A stretch of DNA of 64,000 bases from Octopus vulgaris (GCA_951406725.2 OX597826.1:47120001-47184000), one strand, 5' to 3'. Positions 12,937 to 26,719 are shown, numbered from the stretch's first letter. A program made the numbers and translations. Notes: generated by a model from the sequence alone, not told the origin.

Positions 12937-14094
12937 CACATATATACATTCATGTGTGTGTATGTGTGCACGTGTTTGAATATTCTCATGTGCTCTTCAC
13001 TGCACGTCAGCTAAACGGAGTTATCAAATATTATAGAAGTTAGACTATTTGATTTAGTGTCATATATGATATCAGTATTTATGAGACATCATTATAGGTT
13101 CTCTCATATAAATAACGGTTTATATACTACAATCACCTGAGATGAAATTATCGAAATGGTGAATAAATTTACTATTACTTCAACGGTTACCAGTACACAA
13201 TTGTTTGTATATTTCTGCTTTTGTGTCTTGGGGAAGGTTTACTCATTTCAGCATTCTTTACTTCCTAAAACGACACTGTATAGGTTAATAGGTAGCGGGG
13301 AGAAAATTGTATATGTTATATAAATGACTTAAGTGTTATGTGAACACAAATACAATACTGCGTATTTGTAGTCAATTGTGCACAAATAGTTTAAATTTTG
13401 TTGACGTACTGAATGTCATTTACATTAATATATTTATACGTGTCACAAGTACCTGGAGTACGTCACGTTTATTTTCTCGGGACCTATCTCTCCTGAAGAC
13501 CTATTTAGATGTTGTTTCAGTTTCTCTCCAATTACTCTCCAGTACCAAATTTAAATGACCGTCTTGAAATCAATTTGTAATGTACTACAATAAAGGTATA
13601 ATAAGTTACGAGATGTAATATGACATTTTTGAAAGAATAATGACTGTTGTGATTGTAAAAGCTCACGTAATAGATAAGAGCGTTGTAGTTTGCTTGAAAT
13701 ATTGTGATACAGAAGTAAAATAACAATAATGAAGGTGGAGAGCTTCTAACTATACTAAAAGATTATACAAATGCATGTAGCTTTATACCCTGTCATCACA
13801 ATGTGATAGCTTTGTTAAGCTAAACATAAAAACAACTAGTAACAAGATTGTGTCGGTGTATTATTTATATTTGCTTCATTCAGCTACACATCGTGAGAGC
13901 GAATACCATCGACCAGCCAACGTCTCCGTCTCCCTTCCCGCCTAGCTGGAAGTCCCTTTCTCTGCCGATCAGCTCACTAGCTGCCCCGCAGTGAAGTTGC
14001 TGTCTACAGTGCGTTTACAGTCCTTGGACAGTGCTCTACAGTGTATTATTTTACATATAGTAATATTTATATTCTTATTAAAGCAGTGAATTTG

Positions 14095-14268
14095 CAGAGT
14101 CGTTTGCACACCGGGCAAATAATTAGCGGCATTTCGTCCGTCATTACATTTGTCTTTCATCCCTTTCGGAGTCGATAAAATAAATGTCAGTTGGGCACTG
14201 GGGGTCGATGCGGTCGACTAGCCTCCTCCACCGAAATTACCAGCCTTGTGCCAAAACTTGAAACCAAT
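14095..14268 (+). mobile_element. SINE family B
   Basis: gtcgtttgcacaccgggcaaataattagcggcatttcgtccgtc...ctttcatccctttcggagtcgataaaataa...gcactgggggtcgatg...gccttgtgccaaaacttgaaacc. Further degraded pieces follow to about 14630. Confidence 0.75.
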
Positions 14269-14945
14269 AGGTAAATTACTTATTAACTTTATTATCAAAA
14301 CGATTTGTGTATAGAATTCTATTTGGCTTGTTATCCATCTGAGGTCGATAAAATAAAGTAACACATGATATCGGTTCCCACTGAAATTTGTGGTTCTGTA
14401 CCTAGTCATGTAATAATTATCATTATGGGCTGTGGATTGACCGAATTATTAGTACTTTGAACAAGATACCTTCAAACATCCGTTCCGGCTGCTTACATTC
14501 TGATTTCAAATATCACCTACGCCTACATTACTTTTCATCCATCCTATACGAAAGAACGTAAAATTTCAGCTCTGGGGCAGATTTAATCGACTAGTCACCT
14601 CAAAGTATTTCAAACAACGTGTCAATGTTACAAACAATAACTTTTATTACTAAATAATATATAATTTCAAGCTATGTCTGTTTTAGCCGTCTAAACTTAC
14701 TCTCAAAGATTCGAGAATTTCATAGCACTGTACTATAAACGTCTACTAGAGGAATTGTAACGGTGGTCGTTCATATACATACTTATATTCGCATTCTTAT
14801 GAGTGTATAGATACATACATTCATACACACATTCATACGTGCATAAATACATATATATGTATATATATATTTATATAAATGTATATATATATATATATAC
14901 ACTATATATGCATATATATATACTTATATATACATATATATACAC

Positions 14946-14994
<49 letters not shown>

Positions 14995-15448
14995 AATATG
15001 TATATTTTTACATATATTTATACATACATATATACACACGCATATACATATATTTATATGTGTGTCAGTGTGTACTTGTATATAAGTATAAATATACATA
15101 TACATATATATTTATATATATAAATAAGTATATATATATATATATATATATACATTTATGTATGTATGTACATGTATGTAAATACACACACACACACACT
15201 CGCACACACATATGACAGTTGTGACAATCTGTGTATATGTTTGTATCTCGATGTGTATGATGTGTGTAATGTGTAATGTCTTCAATAGTACTCATTATTG
15301 TTTATGGGTGAGTAAACCCATCACTTTCTATGGTTTAAATCGCACTTGTCTAACAACGAACGTCACGAAACCAACCTATCACCACCCACTCTATTGTAAA
15401 CTATAAAAACAGACACAGCAAAGCAGCTTACAGCTTAGAGAAAGCAAA

Positions 15449-15513
15449 GTAATAATAACATTAACAATAATAACAATAATAATAATAACAACAACAACAA
15501 TAACATAAATAAC

Positions 15514-15550
<37 letters not shown>

Positions 15551-15720
15551 TTAATAATAATAATAGTAATAGTAATAATATTTATAGTAATAATAATAAA
15601 AAACAATAATAGTAATAATAATGATAATAAACAAAATAACAATAATGATAAAATAACAGCTACAGAAGCAACAACAACCAGAACAACAACAACAACAACA
15701 ATAATGATAATAATAATAAC

Positions 15721-15800
<80 letters not shown>

Positions 15801-15823
15801 TAATAATGATAATAATAATAATA

Positions 15824-15853
<30 letters not shown>
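15449..15853. repeat. Long degenerate (TAA)n/(CAA)n microsatellite
   Basis: Directly visible; source of the poly-I/L/Y ORFs in the track. Confidence 0.95.
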
Positions 15854-15855
<2 letters not shown>

Positions 15856-16517
15856 CAGAATTGACAATGAAATAACTGCAACAAAGGACGATCAACACGT
15901 TGATGTCAACAATATCACATTTCGGTCATGTGTTACGTTGTGTACGTGTGTGTGAGTGTTTGTGTGTGAGCGTTTGTGTGTGTTTTTGTGTATGTGTTTA
16001 TCTGTGTATATGAGCGCATGCGTCTGCATGCGTTGCGTTTGTGTGTGTGTGTGACTATGTGCGTGCGAGACACAGCGTATATGTGTGTATGCGTGTGTGA
16101 GGTTGCAATATATTGTATGGCAAGCCATTTGATGTACATGAAAAATACTCTTTCATTGCCGAACAGCACACATATGGATATTTTCTTTGACAATCAAAAT
16201 AGTCTGGTTCATATGCACAAGCGTGTGTGTTTCTGTGTGTGTGTGTTTGTCAGTGTGTGTGTGTGTGTGTGTGCGTGAGTGTGTGCGTGTATGTCTGTGT
16301 GTGTACAGTAGCAGACACCAGAACCGTTTCATTATTGTGTTCATACATCGTAAAATCTAGAACTCACATATACTCATATACTACATACATACACAACTGC
16401 ACGCATACATATATACATTTATACATGTACACACACACACACTAACACACACACATATATATATATACATACATACACACACATGTATACACATACATAC
16501 ATACATATATATATGTA

Positions 16518-16562
<45 letters not shown>

Positions 16563-16990
16563 TGTATGTGTTTTGTATATATGTATATATATATGTGTGT
16601 CTATATATATATATATTTATGCATACATATATATGTATGCATGTATGTATATTAAAACTCTCAAACTACATGAGTGACTCAAAAGCCAAGAGTACACACG
16701 GATGTAGTTCCCGTTTAGTTCGACAGGTGCTTCGGAACGGGGATCTGGATCTTTAAGCTTTACAGGTAATGCTCCGTCTATGTACACAGGCCAAGTTGCA
16801 CGTACATGCTGCCAGTAACTTAATACAACACTGCTCATGATTGTTTTTAGCGGCGACTAAACCGGTAAACTTCCCAAGTTTGTTTCATCAAGAAAGCGAT
16901 CTACAGAAATCCTGTCCGATCAAAGCCAGAACAAGGCCCGTGATTAATGATCTGAACAGCATTTGTATTCGATACATACATATGCATATA

Positions 16991-17509
16991 CACAGGGATT
17001 CCTAAAAATTACTTCGCATATTGAATGATTATAAAATCAGTGTTTATCAAAATTTCATTTTCAAAATTTTATACAACTTACAGGTAGAATTTGATCTTTC
17101 GTTTTTATGAGTGTCCGTTATCAAACTGACAACAGACTTGAAATTCCTGTTTCAGGACTTGCTTAGCGAACAGCATATCTTGTATTCTGGAATTCGTTTC
17201 TCTGCCGTTTCTTGGTTTGTAAGGCTAATTGATGCCCGTATACTTCCGGAATTCGTCTTGTAAACATTCTGAACTTTTTCACTTATTTCAAATTTATATT
17301 GAATTTAAGTGACGCTAAATTGCTTTCTTGGATCTCTGCTAAACTCCCTCCTAAATTATCTTTGCTCATCGACAGCTTTTTTTAAATTTCTTGTAGCATG
17401 TAAAGGTAAGTTCTTGCGTTCCAAGCAGTCTAAATCTCTTCTTCATTTGTAATATGTTAAATCTAAAAAGAAATGAAAACTGTGTGAACGTTTTTAGGAT
17501 TACACCGTG
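16991..17509 (-). mobile_element. Non-autonomous Tc1/mariner-type DNA element with imperfect TIRs and TA flanks
   Basis: Left end TA|cacagggattcctaaaaattacttcgcata. Reverse complement of the right end TA|cacggtgtaatcctaaaaacgttcacaca. The internal minus strand has a weak transposase N-terminus-like remnant (KFE..VQNVYKTNSG). Confidence 0.6.
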
Positions 17510-17774
17510 TACATACGCAGGTATTACATTCGTATTTTAGATACTTAATGTTGATTTTAATTGAAACTTTTCTTTGCTGTAGTTCCTAGTATATTAATTC
17601 TATTTTTTAAAACTTATAATCAGTTGAGAGGTAAGAAAATATTTAGTATGTGCCACTCAGGTTGTCAAACAAAAAAAAGAAAGAAAACTTATCGGTTGAA
17701 TTTCGAGTACTTTTGCTCTCCATATATATTCCCCTGTCTTATACTTAAAATAAGAAACAACGGCGGTCTTTTCA

Positions 17775-18135
17775 TTTATAGCTTTCGCCAAGGAAGGAGT
17801 TTATATTTTCATCGGTGTTGGTTTGTCTGTCTGTTCGTGTGAACGGTATTTGATGAAACTTGAAAGAAAAGTTAGTAATGACACAAGGAACAAATGATAA
17901 GATTTTGGTAGTGATCCGTAAATTTTTATGGATTCTTGAAGGATTTTTCTCTTGTTATATTTACTTTACATGAAGTATTACAATGTTACGTTCTTTGATT
18001 ATCTCCCTTGAAAACACTTCATCGTTTCCACTTAACCTATGGTGGCGTTGCTGTGTCCAAAGTTTATTTTCGTTTCTCTATTAGTAATTTTATTCGCGTA
18101 TCTATCTTAAAATGAGCTGCTTGGTGGAGGTCTGC
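17775..18135 (+). mobile_element. Helentron-associated (HINE/DINE-1-like) non-autonomous element, 3' end truncated
   Basis: 5' cgccaagg(aagg)agtttatatttt, a short (gtct)n, and 3' gcttggtggaggtctgc. The 24-mer atgagctgcttggtggaggtctgc recurs exactly at about 18397-18420. Confidence 0.7.
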
Positions 18136-18216
18136 AGAGGATAACATGTCAAGTCTTGACTATTGGGATCGACTCAAAAATCTCAGGCTTTGCTCCCTCC
18201 ACCTCCGCTGTGAAAC
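18136..18216 (+). pseudogene. Small CR1/L2-group LINE fragment
   Basis: Translates DNMSSLDYWDRLKNLRLCSLHLRCE, matching [24 protein letters not shown] of the 5975-7570 RT. Confidence 0.7.
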
Positions 18217-18309
18217 TAGCTTGCTGTTGTCATTGATGTATTATAACTGCTTCAGATTATTCCTGTTTCTAAGTTTGTTTTTTTTTAAATCATAGGGCTG
18301 TATTATTTG

Positions 18310-18442
18310 TTTTAACCCCGCCAAGGAGGTTATGTTTTTGCCAGCGTTGGTTTGGGAAATTGGGCGATTTTCAGCATGCGTGTATATGGGTGGAAATGAG
18401 CTGCTTGGTGGAGGTCTGCGCTGTCCGAGTGCTTTTCTAGTT
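18310..18442 (+). mobile_element. Minimal HINE-like element with both ends
   Basis: Sub-terminal inverted repeat accccgccaag / cttggtggaggt, 3' hairpin GCGCT-GTCCG-AGTGC, ending TTTTCTAGTT in a T-rich context. Confidence 0.7.
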
Positions 18443-18834
18443 GCGATTGAAATCAAAATATCTTGCGCTTCTGTGATACGGTTATATCACATTTTCTATT
18501 GTTCTGTAACTCGTGGAGGTCCATTATGTAGAGTTGCAACTTCGGAAAAGGAAGTGAGTACAAAAATTGCTCACATGCGATTTCGAGTCACTACACACAC
18601 ACACACACACACAAACACACACACGCACGAACAATAGGTGAGCGCAAGATATGTTCAGTATAAAAAAATATTTAGATGATAATATGTGCTATAGAATTTT
18701 GACGGATTCTTATCTCATCGAACCACGGAAAGAGAATTGCTAAAGCGATGTGTTTTTATCATAGAAGAGGTAATTGAATACTACAGCACATTGTGGCACC
18801 CCAGCGACCTATGTTTTTATTAATATCCTCTCTA

Positions 18835-19275
18835 ATTTAGGCACAAAATCAGAAGATTTTAGTGGGAGGTTAAGTCAATTATTTAGGGCCTAGTACTTGG
18901 CTGCCAATCATTTTGGCGTCTCGCAAAGGGTGAACTGCAAAGTTAACCTCAGCAGAATTTGAAGTCAGAATTTTGAAGAAGCGGTAGAAATGCTATTCAG
19001 CACTTTGTCTGACAAGCAGTGGATTCCGCCAGCTCCTCACATTATTGTCGTTATTAATATTCTCAAATGTTAGCACTAGCACAGCAATTTCGAGGAAGGT
19101 CGTAAGTCGATTGCATCAACCGCAGTGATCAGCTGGTACTTATTTTATTGACTCCGAAAAAGATGAAAGTCAAAGTCGACCATGACGAAATTTGAAGTCT
19201 CGACCGTGAAAAACCGGAAGAAATACTGCTGAGCATTTTGTTCGACACTCAAACGATTCTGCCTGCTCGTTGCCT
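18835..19275 (-). mobile_element. Two tandem SINE family B copies (about 18835-19040 and 19065-19275)
   Basis: Each reads as the reverse complement of the family B pattern (...ctggtacttattttattgactccgaaaaagatgaaagtcaaagtcgac...gattctgcc). Confidence 0.75.
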
Positions 19276-19316
19276 AATTGACGTTATTTATTATAAAACT
19301 CTATTAGCTATGCATA

Positions 19317-19538
19317 CTCTCTTTTACTATTTTACTTCTTTCAGTCATTTGACTGTGGCCATGCTGGAGCAACGCCTTTAGTCGAACACATCGACTTATT
19401 CTTTGTAAGCCTAGTACTTATTCTATCGGTCTGTTTTGCCGAACCGCTAAGTTACGGGGACGTAAACATCGGTTGTCAAGTGATGTTGGGGGAACAAACA
19501 CAGACACACAAATATATACACACTCACATAATACATAC

Positions 19539-19586
<48 letters not shown>

Positions 19587-19752
19587 GCGACGGGTTTTTT
19601 TCATTTTCCGTCGACGAAATCCACTCACAAGGCTTTGGCTGGCCCGAAGCTATAGTAGAAGGCACTTGTTCAAGGTGCCACGCAATGGGACTGAACTCGG
19701 AACCATGTAGTTCGTAAGCAAGCTACTTACCACACAGCCAGTCTTACGCCTA
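19317..19752 (-). mobile_element. SINE family C, near full length
   Basis: Head TAGGCGTAAGACTGGCTGTGTGGTAAG...GGTTCCGAGTTCAGTCC, internal (TA)n, tail GGCGTTGCTCCAGCATGGCCACAGTCAAATGACTGAAAGAAGTAAAA. Confidence 0.88.
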
Positions 19753-20041
19753 TGCACATAGCCACAAGCATATATTCGTACCTCAGCAGGTGCATGTTTT
19801 AACCTACACTCACGCTACTCATATTAAAACATACACTCATACACAAACTCAATTACAAAAACATAAATAAAGCATTTCAAAATATCTTATTATGAATAGT
19901 TACAAAAATATGGTGAATAGAGTCTATTTCATTCAGAACTCGGAGTTTTCTTCTTTAACAACTATTGTTGTTGGTTTTTATCCAATGTTCTTTCTTATTT
20001 TCTTATGTACATCTCTTTTCGTTTCTTTTTTTGTCTCTTAC

Positions 20042-20201
20042 ATCTTCTTCTTCTTCTTCTTCTTCTTCTTCTTCTTCTTCTTCTTCTTCTTCTTCTTCTT
20101 CTTCTTCTTCTTCTTCTTCTTCTTCTTCATCTTCATCTTCTTCTTCTTCTTCTTCTTCTTCTTCTTCATCTTCTTCTTCTTCTTCTTCTTCTTCTTCTTC
20201 T

Positions 20202-20232
<31 letters not shown>

Positions 20233-20335
20233 TTATTATTATTATTATTATTATTAGTAGTAGTAGTAGTAGTAGTAGTGGTAGTAGTAGTAGTAGTAGT
20301 AGTAGTAGTAATAGTATTAGTAGTAGTTATAGTAA
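20042..20335. repeat. Compound trinucleotide microsatellite (CTT)n(ATT)n(AGT)n
   Basis: Directly visible. Confidence 0.95.
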
Positions 20336-20411
20336 TATATCTACCTATCTGTCTCTGTCTGTCTGCCTGTTTCCCTATCTCTTTCTCCCTCTTTGTCACT
20401 CTCTATCACCC

Positions 20412-20446
<35 letters not shown>

Positions 20447-20520
20447 CACACATATATATATAATTATATATATATGCATATACATGTGTGTATCTAAAGA
20501 TATGTATGTATATGTGTATA

Positions 20521-20554
<34 letters not shown>

Positions 20555-21167
20555 AATATACATACATATATATATATAGAGAGAGAGTGAAAGTGAGTAA
20601 GAAAGAGAGAGAGAAGCGATGGATTCATAGATATGCGAACATGTTATGTACGTGTATTTTTGTATGTGTGTGTGTGTGCACACCCACACACACACACGCA
20701 CACATGCTACATATTCTCAATAAGAAAAGGTGAGTCAGTGTGGCGCATCTGTGTTTCAAGCATGCTCTTATTCCATCAAGATCTATTCTTTTGAGAATTA
20801 TTCCACATAACTAACATACGTTAAATCATAACCATTAAGTAATAACTCCATAGAGAGAGAATACGGGTCTGAAATGACGGAAGACACCGACACGCAGTGT
20901 CAATCTATCTCTAGCAGAAATGCTACGAAGGTGAACTTCTGAACAGATTTAAAACAAGATGGCATGCTGCAGTTTGATTTTCTTGCATCCGTCCGACATG
21001 ATATTTTATTCATTAATTTCCTATAAAACGTATGTGTACGTGTTTGTTATAGATGTACACATCTAGACATGTGTGTTTCCATGAATGTGTTTCAATGGCT
21101 TAAATTTGTACGTATGTTTGTGTGCGTGTATGCATGTGCATGTGTGTGTGTGTATGTGTGTGTGAGT

Positions 21168-21214
<47 letters not shown>

Positions 21215-22171
21215 GTAGGAGTTCTTATCTAAATAAAACACGCCAAAGAAAGCGAAATAAGGTAGGAGTCTTGTATGTTTTTTTTAAATTTTCAATTTTT
21301 TTCGGTATATTTTGTTTGTTTCGTTTAAAATTTTATTTCACTTCATTTTATCTGTTTGTTCGTTTGTTTGTTTCTGTGTGCGTGTGTATGCGTACGTGTA
21401 TATGTTGTGTGTGTATGTTGTGTGTGTGTGTGTGTGATTTGATTCTTTGACTCTCTCTCTCTTTCTCTTTTTCTCTCTTAATCCTACTATCTTTACTTGC
21501 TATTGTGGTCACGCGCGTCTTCAAGGCGTGTAAGATGAAGCGAGAAGGCAAGGCGCCAGATTTTTGATTTTCATATAGAAGAAATACGCTGCCTCTGAAA
21601 ACCAGAGTAATTACGTAAATGAGGTATAGAAAGCATCAAGAACTTTGCAAACCATATTCTTTGAGAAGCCGGAAGACGTTATTGAATTGTTTTATATCCA
21701 CAACACACAACCCAGATACACATACACGCACATTAGCACAAAGACAAACCACACATGTACTCACGCCATACACCGGTTGAACCAAGCCTGTTTCTAGTTT
21801 TAGCATCTTATTTCCACCGTTCAGTGTGACATTTCTTAATTTACCTGTTGATATTATGTTCCTCTTAACAAATCTTTCATTCATATTCTCTGAAAACTTA
21901 AAAATTTCTCTACGCTTTTTTTCTGTCATCGATCGACGATCTTCTTCCTAACTCTTTTGAATTTAGTATATAGTAGTAGACTTGAATTAATTTTACTTTG
22001 TCTATGCACACACCTTTCTCAAACTACTTGGTTTCAATAAATCAACATTAACAACAACAGCGACAGCACACAACAACCACAGCAACAACGGATCGACGAT
22101 TCAGCCACTGTAAAAGCTACCTTAAATCACCCACTTTGCCATCTTAAATATGAGTATGTTTATATATATAT

Positions 22172-22700
22172 ATTAGAAGAAACGAGGTACTCAGAAATCT
22201 GGATGTTTTTATATTTACAGATATTTATAAATCATATATCATATATTAGCGCTTTCGTCCACTCTAGTGGAGTTATCAAATTGAACTTTTGCAGGAATTT
22301 TGTCTCTTTTATAGTATTATTGAGTGTGTAGGGGTGGAGAGAGATATAAGATAGTACAAGAGGGTGAGGAATGGGGAGAAAGTGAGAGAGAGAGCACGCG
22401 TGTGTATGTGTGTGTGTGTATGTGTGTGTGTGTTTGTATCTGAAGGAAGTGTTAAAGAAAAAGAGAAGGAAAGGAAGAAGGAGAGAAAGAAGAAAAAAAT
22501 TTGTTGATATCTTTGCAGCTGGTCAGTCTTTCAATAGTAAATGATTCTTGGCTTTTGTGTGTGTGTATGTGTGTGTGTGTGTGTGTTCAAAACAGAAAAG
22601 AGATTAGTAAGGGATTCGAAATTCAGGTGAAATACTTCATTAGCTCTTGTAGAGCAAGATGTACTAGGCTAATTAACATGTCCTGTGATAGATTTTAGAA
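22172..22700 (-). mobile_element. Probable Penelope-like element 3' remnant
   Basis: The minus strand contains KESFTIERL-like sequence resembling a GIY-YIG C-terminus, followed by a degenerate hammerhead-like motif (22245-22282) and ataaa-rich sequence. Interrupted by microsatellites. Confidence 0.45.
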
Positions 22701-23578
22701 TCCGGTCACTAAGAAAATTTGTAATTCTGCGGTACAGCTACCAAGTTAAATTGGTATGTTGCTACAGGATGATGTTGAAAATACACATACATAATGGATA
22801 TTATGCATTTATTGAAGGCTTACTAACGTTTCAGATAAGTACAGTAGGGATTTAGTCCCATAGTTCAATCATATCAACCGATCGATCCATGATCGATATA
22901 TTTACAATAAGAAAGAGGACGATTACATCTTTTATACTCCTCAGAACCACAATAACTAAAAGTAGCTAGTGGCATGTATTAGAAAAACATAGACAAATAC
23001 AGCTATATTAAATGCCATGCAACATAAATTTTTGATTTATCAAAATTATCACCACCTTTAGTTAATAATATATTATAATTACAAATGGTAATTAAAGCAA
23101 ATTCCACTCGAGAGGGGACGATAATCTCAATGTTCAATTATTCTTCGGTGTTGATACATCATTAAAGAAAAGAAAAGGCTTATCGCATGGGGGTTAAGCT
23201 CAAAAGCCGTCATTAGGACAACAGTTCTCCGATCTTATCACCAGTAGCCTAGGGACTTTAGATTCGAACAAAAAGTAGAGCACATTTATAGCCTAGGGAA
23301 TTTGCATGATTTAAACGAATAAGAGCTGAGAAATATATGCAAACATTTGCCCATTCGTGTTTTCCATAATTCACTTTTTTTATTTTTACTGACAAATTAA
23401 ATTTATCCCTGGAAAATACAATCGTTGGTAAAATATTAATAATTATATTTAAGGACCAGAAACTGTTGTTGTTTAACTTTAGACCAGCTTCTGACAAATA
23501 CAAACTTAAGATCAAAAGGACGTGAGCAGTCATGAGAATCATGATTCTTTCGAGCATTGCATGATCAAGACTTCATTA

Positions 23579-23760
23579 TCTATTATATAAAATCCGTTCT
23601 GTCTGTCTCTGCGTTTGTCTTCTAGGATCTCGGGCATCCTCCATCCGATTGCGCTCAAATTTGACATGTAGATACCGACAGTATCAGGGCGTGTATAAGT
23701 CTTGAGAAAATTACAAAAGTCGATTCTAAGTGAGAATTCGAGGTTAAATCAGTGTTTTTC
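23579..23760 (+). mobile_element. 5' portion of a non-autonomous Helitron-like element
   Basis: A|TCTATTATATAAAA start, short (ctgt)n and a ccgattgcgctcaaatttg motif, as typical of animal non-autonomous Helitrons. No clear 3' hairpin plus CTAG was found. Confidence 0.5.
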
Positions 23761-24839
23761 AAAGAGGAGGCTTATGGGACGGTCGGACAAGCTGTTTTGA
23801 GAAAATTTGGTTTAAATGTTTGACAACTCAGCACCGTCCACTGCACAGGGGTTGGGGGTTGCTTGTTTTATATATTTCCCCAATTTCAAAATGTTGGTAG
23901 TGGTGGAAACCTCAAGTGGGTTTGGCTGTTACTTCTAGCAAGTTGATATACTAAGAAGAGGCTTTGTTGTTGCCTCACTGAGCTTCTTGCTGGTGAAGAA
24001 ATTCATATAATTCAGTGATGCAACTGATTGCAACTTAGTGAGATTACTGAATATTATGTTAACTTGCAGTTTTGAATTCTGACAGTCTTGTCAGGTGCAG
24101 AAAATAAATTAGAATAAGACCAGCGTACTAACCGGGGGAGACCTTGTTATCAGCCATTTAATATTACGTAACTTGGAGTCAGGTTTGTCTCTTCATTTAC
24201 TTATGCACTTTATTTAATGGGAGTCATGTAATTTAGAATTACTTAACTTCAGATTGTTCAGGTTTTAAATTCAGGCCCATGTGACTTTCTCATTTAACTA
24301 TTTTCTTTTTACAGAGACGAGAGAATGTATACCAGTAAGATAATACGGTAGCTTCCTTAAATTACACATCATTGACACCACGGATATTTGGTCATGTGCT
24401 AACTTAATCAAAATATTCTTAGCTGTCTGGTCGAGTTTCTATGACTTCCATATGCTCATACGTTCATACGTACGTGCTAAATATGGAATGATGTTAATGC
24501 AAAAACAAAAAAAAAATGTTTCGTATCTTTTATATCGGCTAAAGCAGCTTCATGCCAAAGCTTTCACATACAGTTGAAGAAATTTGTTCAGCTAATCATC
24601 ATTCTGATGCAGCAAAGCACGGAAACCCTTCCAGCAAGCCATCAACCACTTTATCGGTTCTGCAATTCAATCAGTTTCCGCCAATTGAAGCCTGAATTTC
24701 GAGTTAAGGAAAATGTACAGTGCATAAATGTTCCAGTATTAATTAGCTATGGTGTGTATCAATATACGAATGTGATATTATAGATACATGATGTTATAAA
24801 TACTATACGCGTTCATACTAAAATGAACACCGAATCACT

Positions 24840-24886
<47 letters not shown>

Positions 24887-25249
24887 TGTATATTTTCACG
24901 TCGTATGGGGCCTGAACACAAACGGAACCTACAAATCTAGAAATGAAACACAAACACTCACACTGACACACAGACCTTCTTCGCACGCGTGCACACACAC
25001 ACACATACATATATAATCATATATAAGAATATACGTTTGTAATAGCATTAACTATAGATGCATATAAACCCACATTCATATATATACATATACATAAACA
25101 TATACGTATATATATATGCTTGTGTGTGTGTGTCTGTGTATACATAATATCTTATATGAATATGTATATCTGACTATATAGATACGTGTATGTATGTAAG
25201 ACGCAGTGTACATACGAGTACACACACACACATAGACACACACACACAA

Positions 25250-25291
<42 letters not shown>

Positions 25292-25515
25292 TTGTATACA
25301 TACATACATACATACATACATACTTACATACATATATACACAAATTCACTCTCTCACACAGAAACAAACAGAAACCCGCGCAGGCACACACACAAACATA
25401 AAGAGGTGCACGTGCACACACACACAAACACACACACGCACATACATACTTATATATCAACAAATAATTACGTTCTCATTTGACGATTGAATTTTTCTTA
25501 TTGAAATTATATATG

Positions 25516-25561
<46 letters not shown>

Positions 25562-25621
25562 AATATATATATATATTTATATATATGTGTATGTATATGT
25601 ATATATATATATATATGTATG

Positions 25622-25672
<51 letters not shown>

Positions 25673-25969
25673 TAATGAATGCATAGAACAGTGTTGGTGA
25701 AGCTGAGTACATGGCTGATAGTATGATTGCATTTTCCTGAGATTTGAGGCATTAAATTCTTTAAAAAGATAAACAAAGTAAGCATGGATTTTGCGTTTTG
25801 CAAATGAGAAGCTTAATCCTTGTTTTATTTCCTTGTTTTTAATTTCTTTTTGAAGTTGAATCAATATAACAGAATGAATACATACATTTTTATTACAAAG
25901 ATATAAAGTATTGCTGGAATTTTAAAAAAAATACATGAATGCGTGTATGTATGTATATTTATATATATA

Positions 25970-26312
25970 CAAAATTTAAAGGACTGACCACTAAAAGTGG
26001 ACGGTCAATATGCTAGATATAGACGTCAGATCGCTATTTTCCACAAAAATTCTTCCTGCAAATTGTATTTCTATATGACAGACCATACTGACAAGATTGC
26101 AGTTTATCCTTGCGGATATTAACAATCGAAACTGATCGGTACATGGGTAATCATTTTTATTTCGTATATTTTCATTTGTCTTGCTTATTTTTAATGCTTT
26201 GGTTTGTGCTGAGTTTTTATTTGAGAACATATTCTTTGTGGAAAATAGCGATTTCACGTCTATATCTAGCATGTTGACCGTCCACTTTTAGTGGTCAGTC
26301 CTTTAAACTTTG
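25970..26312. mobile_element. MITE with about 80-90 bp terminal inverted repeats and TA target-site duplication
   Basis: Left caaaatttaaaggactgaccactaaaagtggacggtcaatatgctagatatagacgtcagatcgctattttccacaaa pairs with right tttgtggaaaatagcgatttcacgtctatatctagcatgttgaccgtccacttttagtggtcagtcctttaaactttg. TA on both sides. Confidence 0.9.
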
Positions 26313-26403
26313 TATGTAAAAATATTTTAATCTTCGGATTTTTTTAATATGCTTGGCCACTGGTTTTAATTGATAAATATCAATTTCTACCCTTATTAAA
26401 TTT

Positions 26404-26439
<36 letters not shown>

Positions 26440-26719
26440 CGTGCGTCCGTGCATGTATGCACATATGTTGGTCAACAGATGTATTTGTACTGGAATCTTT
26501 CTTTCAAGTTGTCGTATTGTATTCACTCAATTTAGGATGAAAGAATTAGGGCTTTTAGAATGTAGGCGTTAAGCGCAGTATCCAAACCTTGTTTCAGGGA
26601 AAGACCCAGGTAGCATGTCTGTAGAGCACGTTCACCACATATAGTTACCAGGCATCATCATCGATACAGTCCACTCGTCGTTGGAATGCCTAGGTGTACG
26701 TACAATATATTTTAAAAGA

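Noticed and set aside
13790-14090. Possible solo LTR (GC-richer core, ATTAAA)
   Set aside because: No clear TG...CA termini, TSD or second copy.
15391-15955. Poly-I, poly-Y, poly-L and poly-N ORFs (also 19892-20555, 50084-51403, 53636-53975)
   Set aside because: Trinucleotide microsatellite translations.
16617-16960. Moderately GC-rich unique stretch with a 73-aa ORF
   Set aside because: No recognisable motif or convincing splice sites, and the ORF ends in microsatellite; it cannot be supported as an exon.
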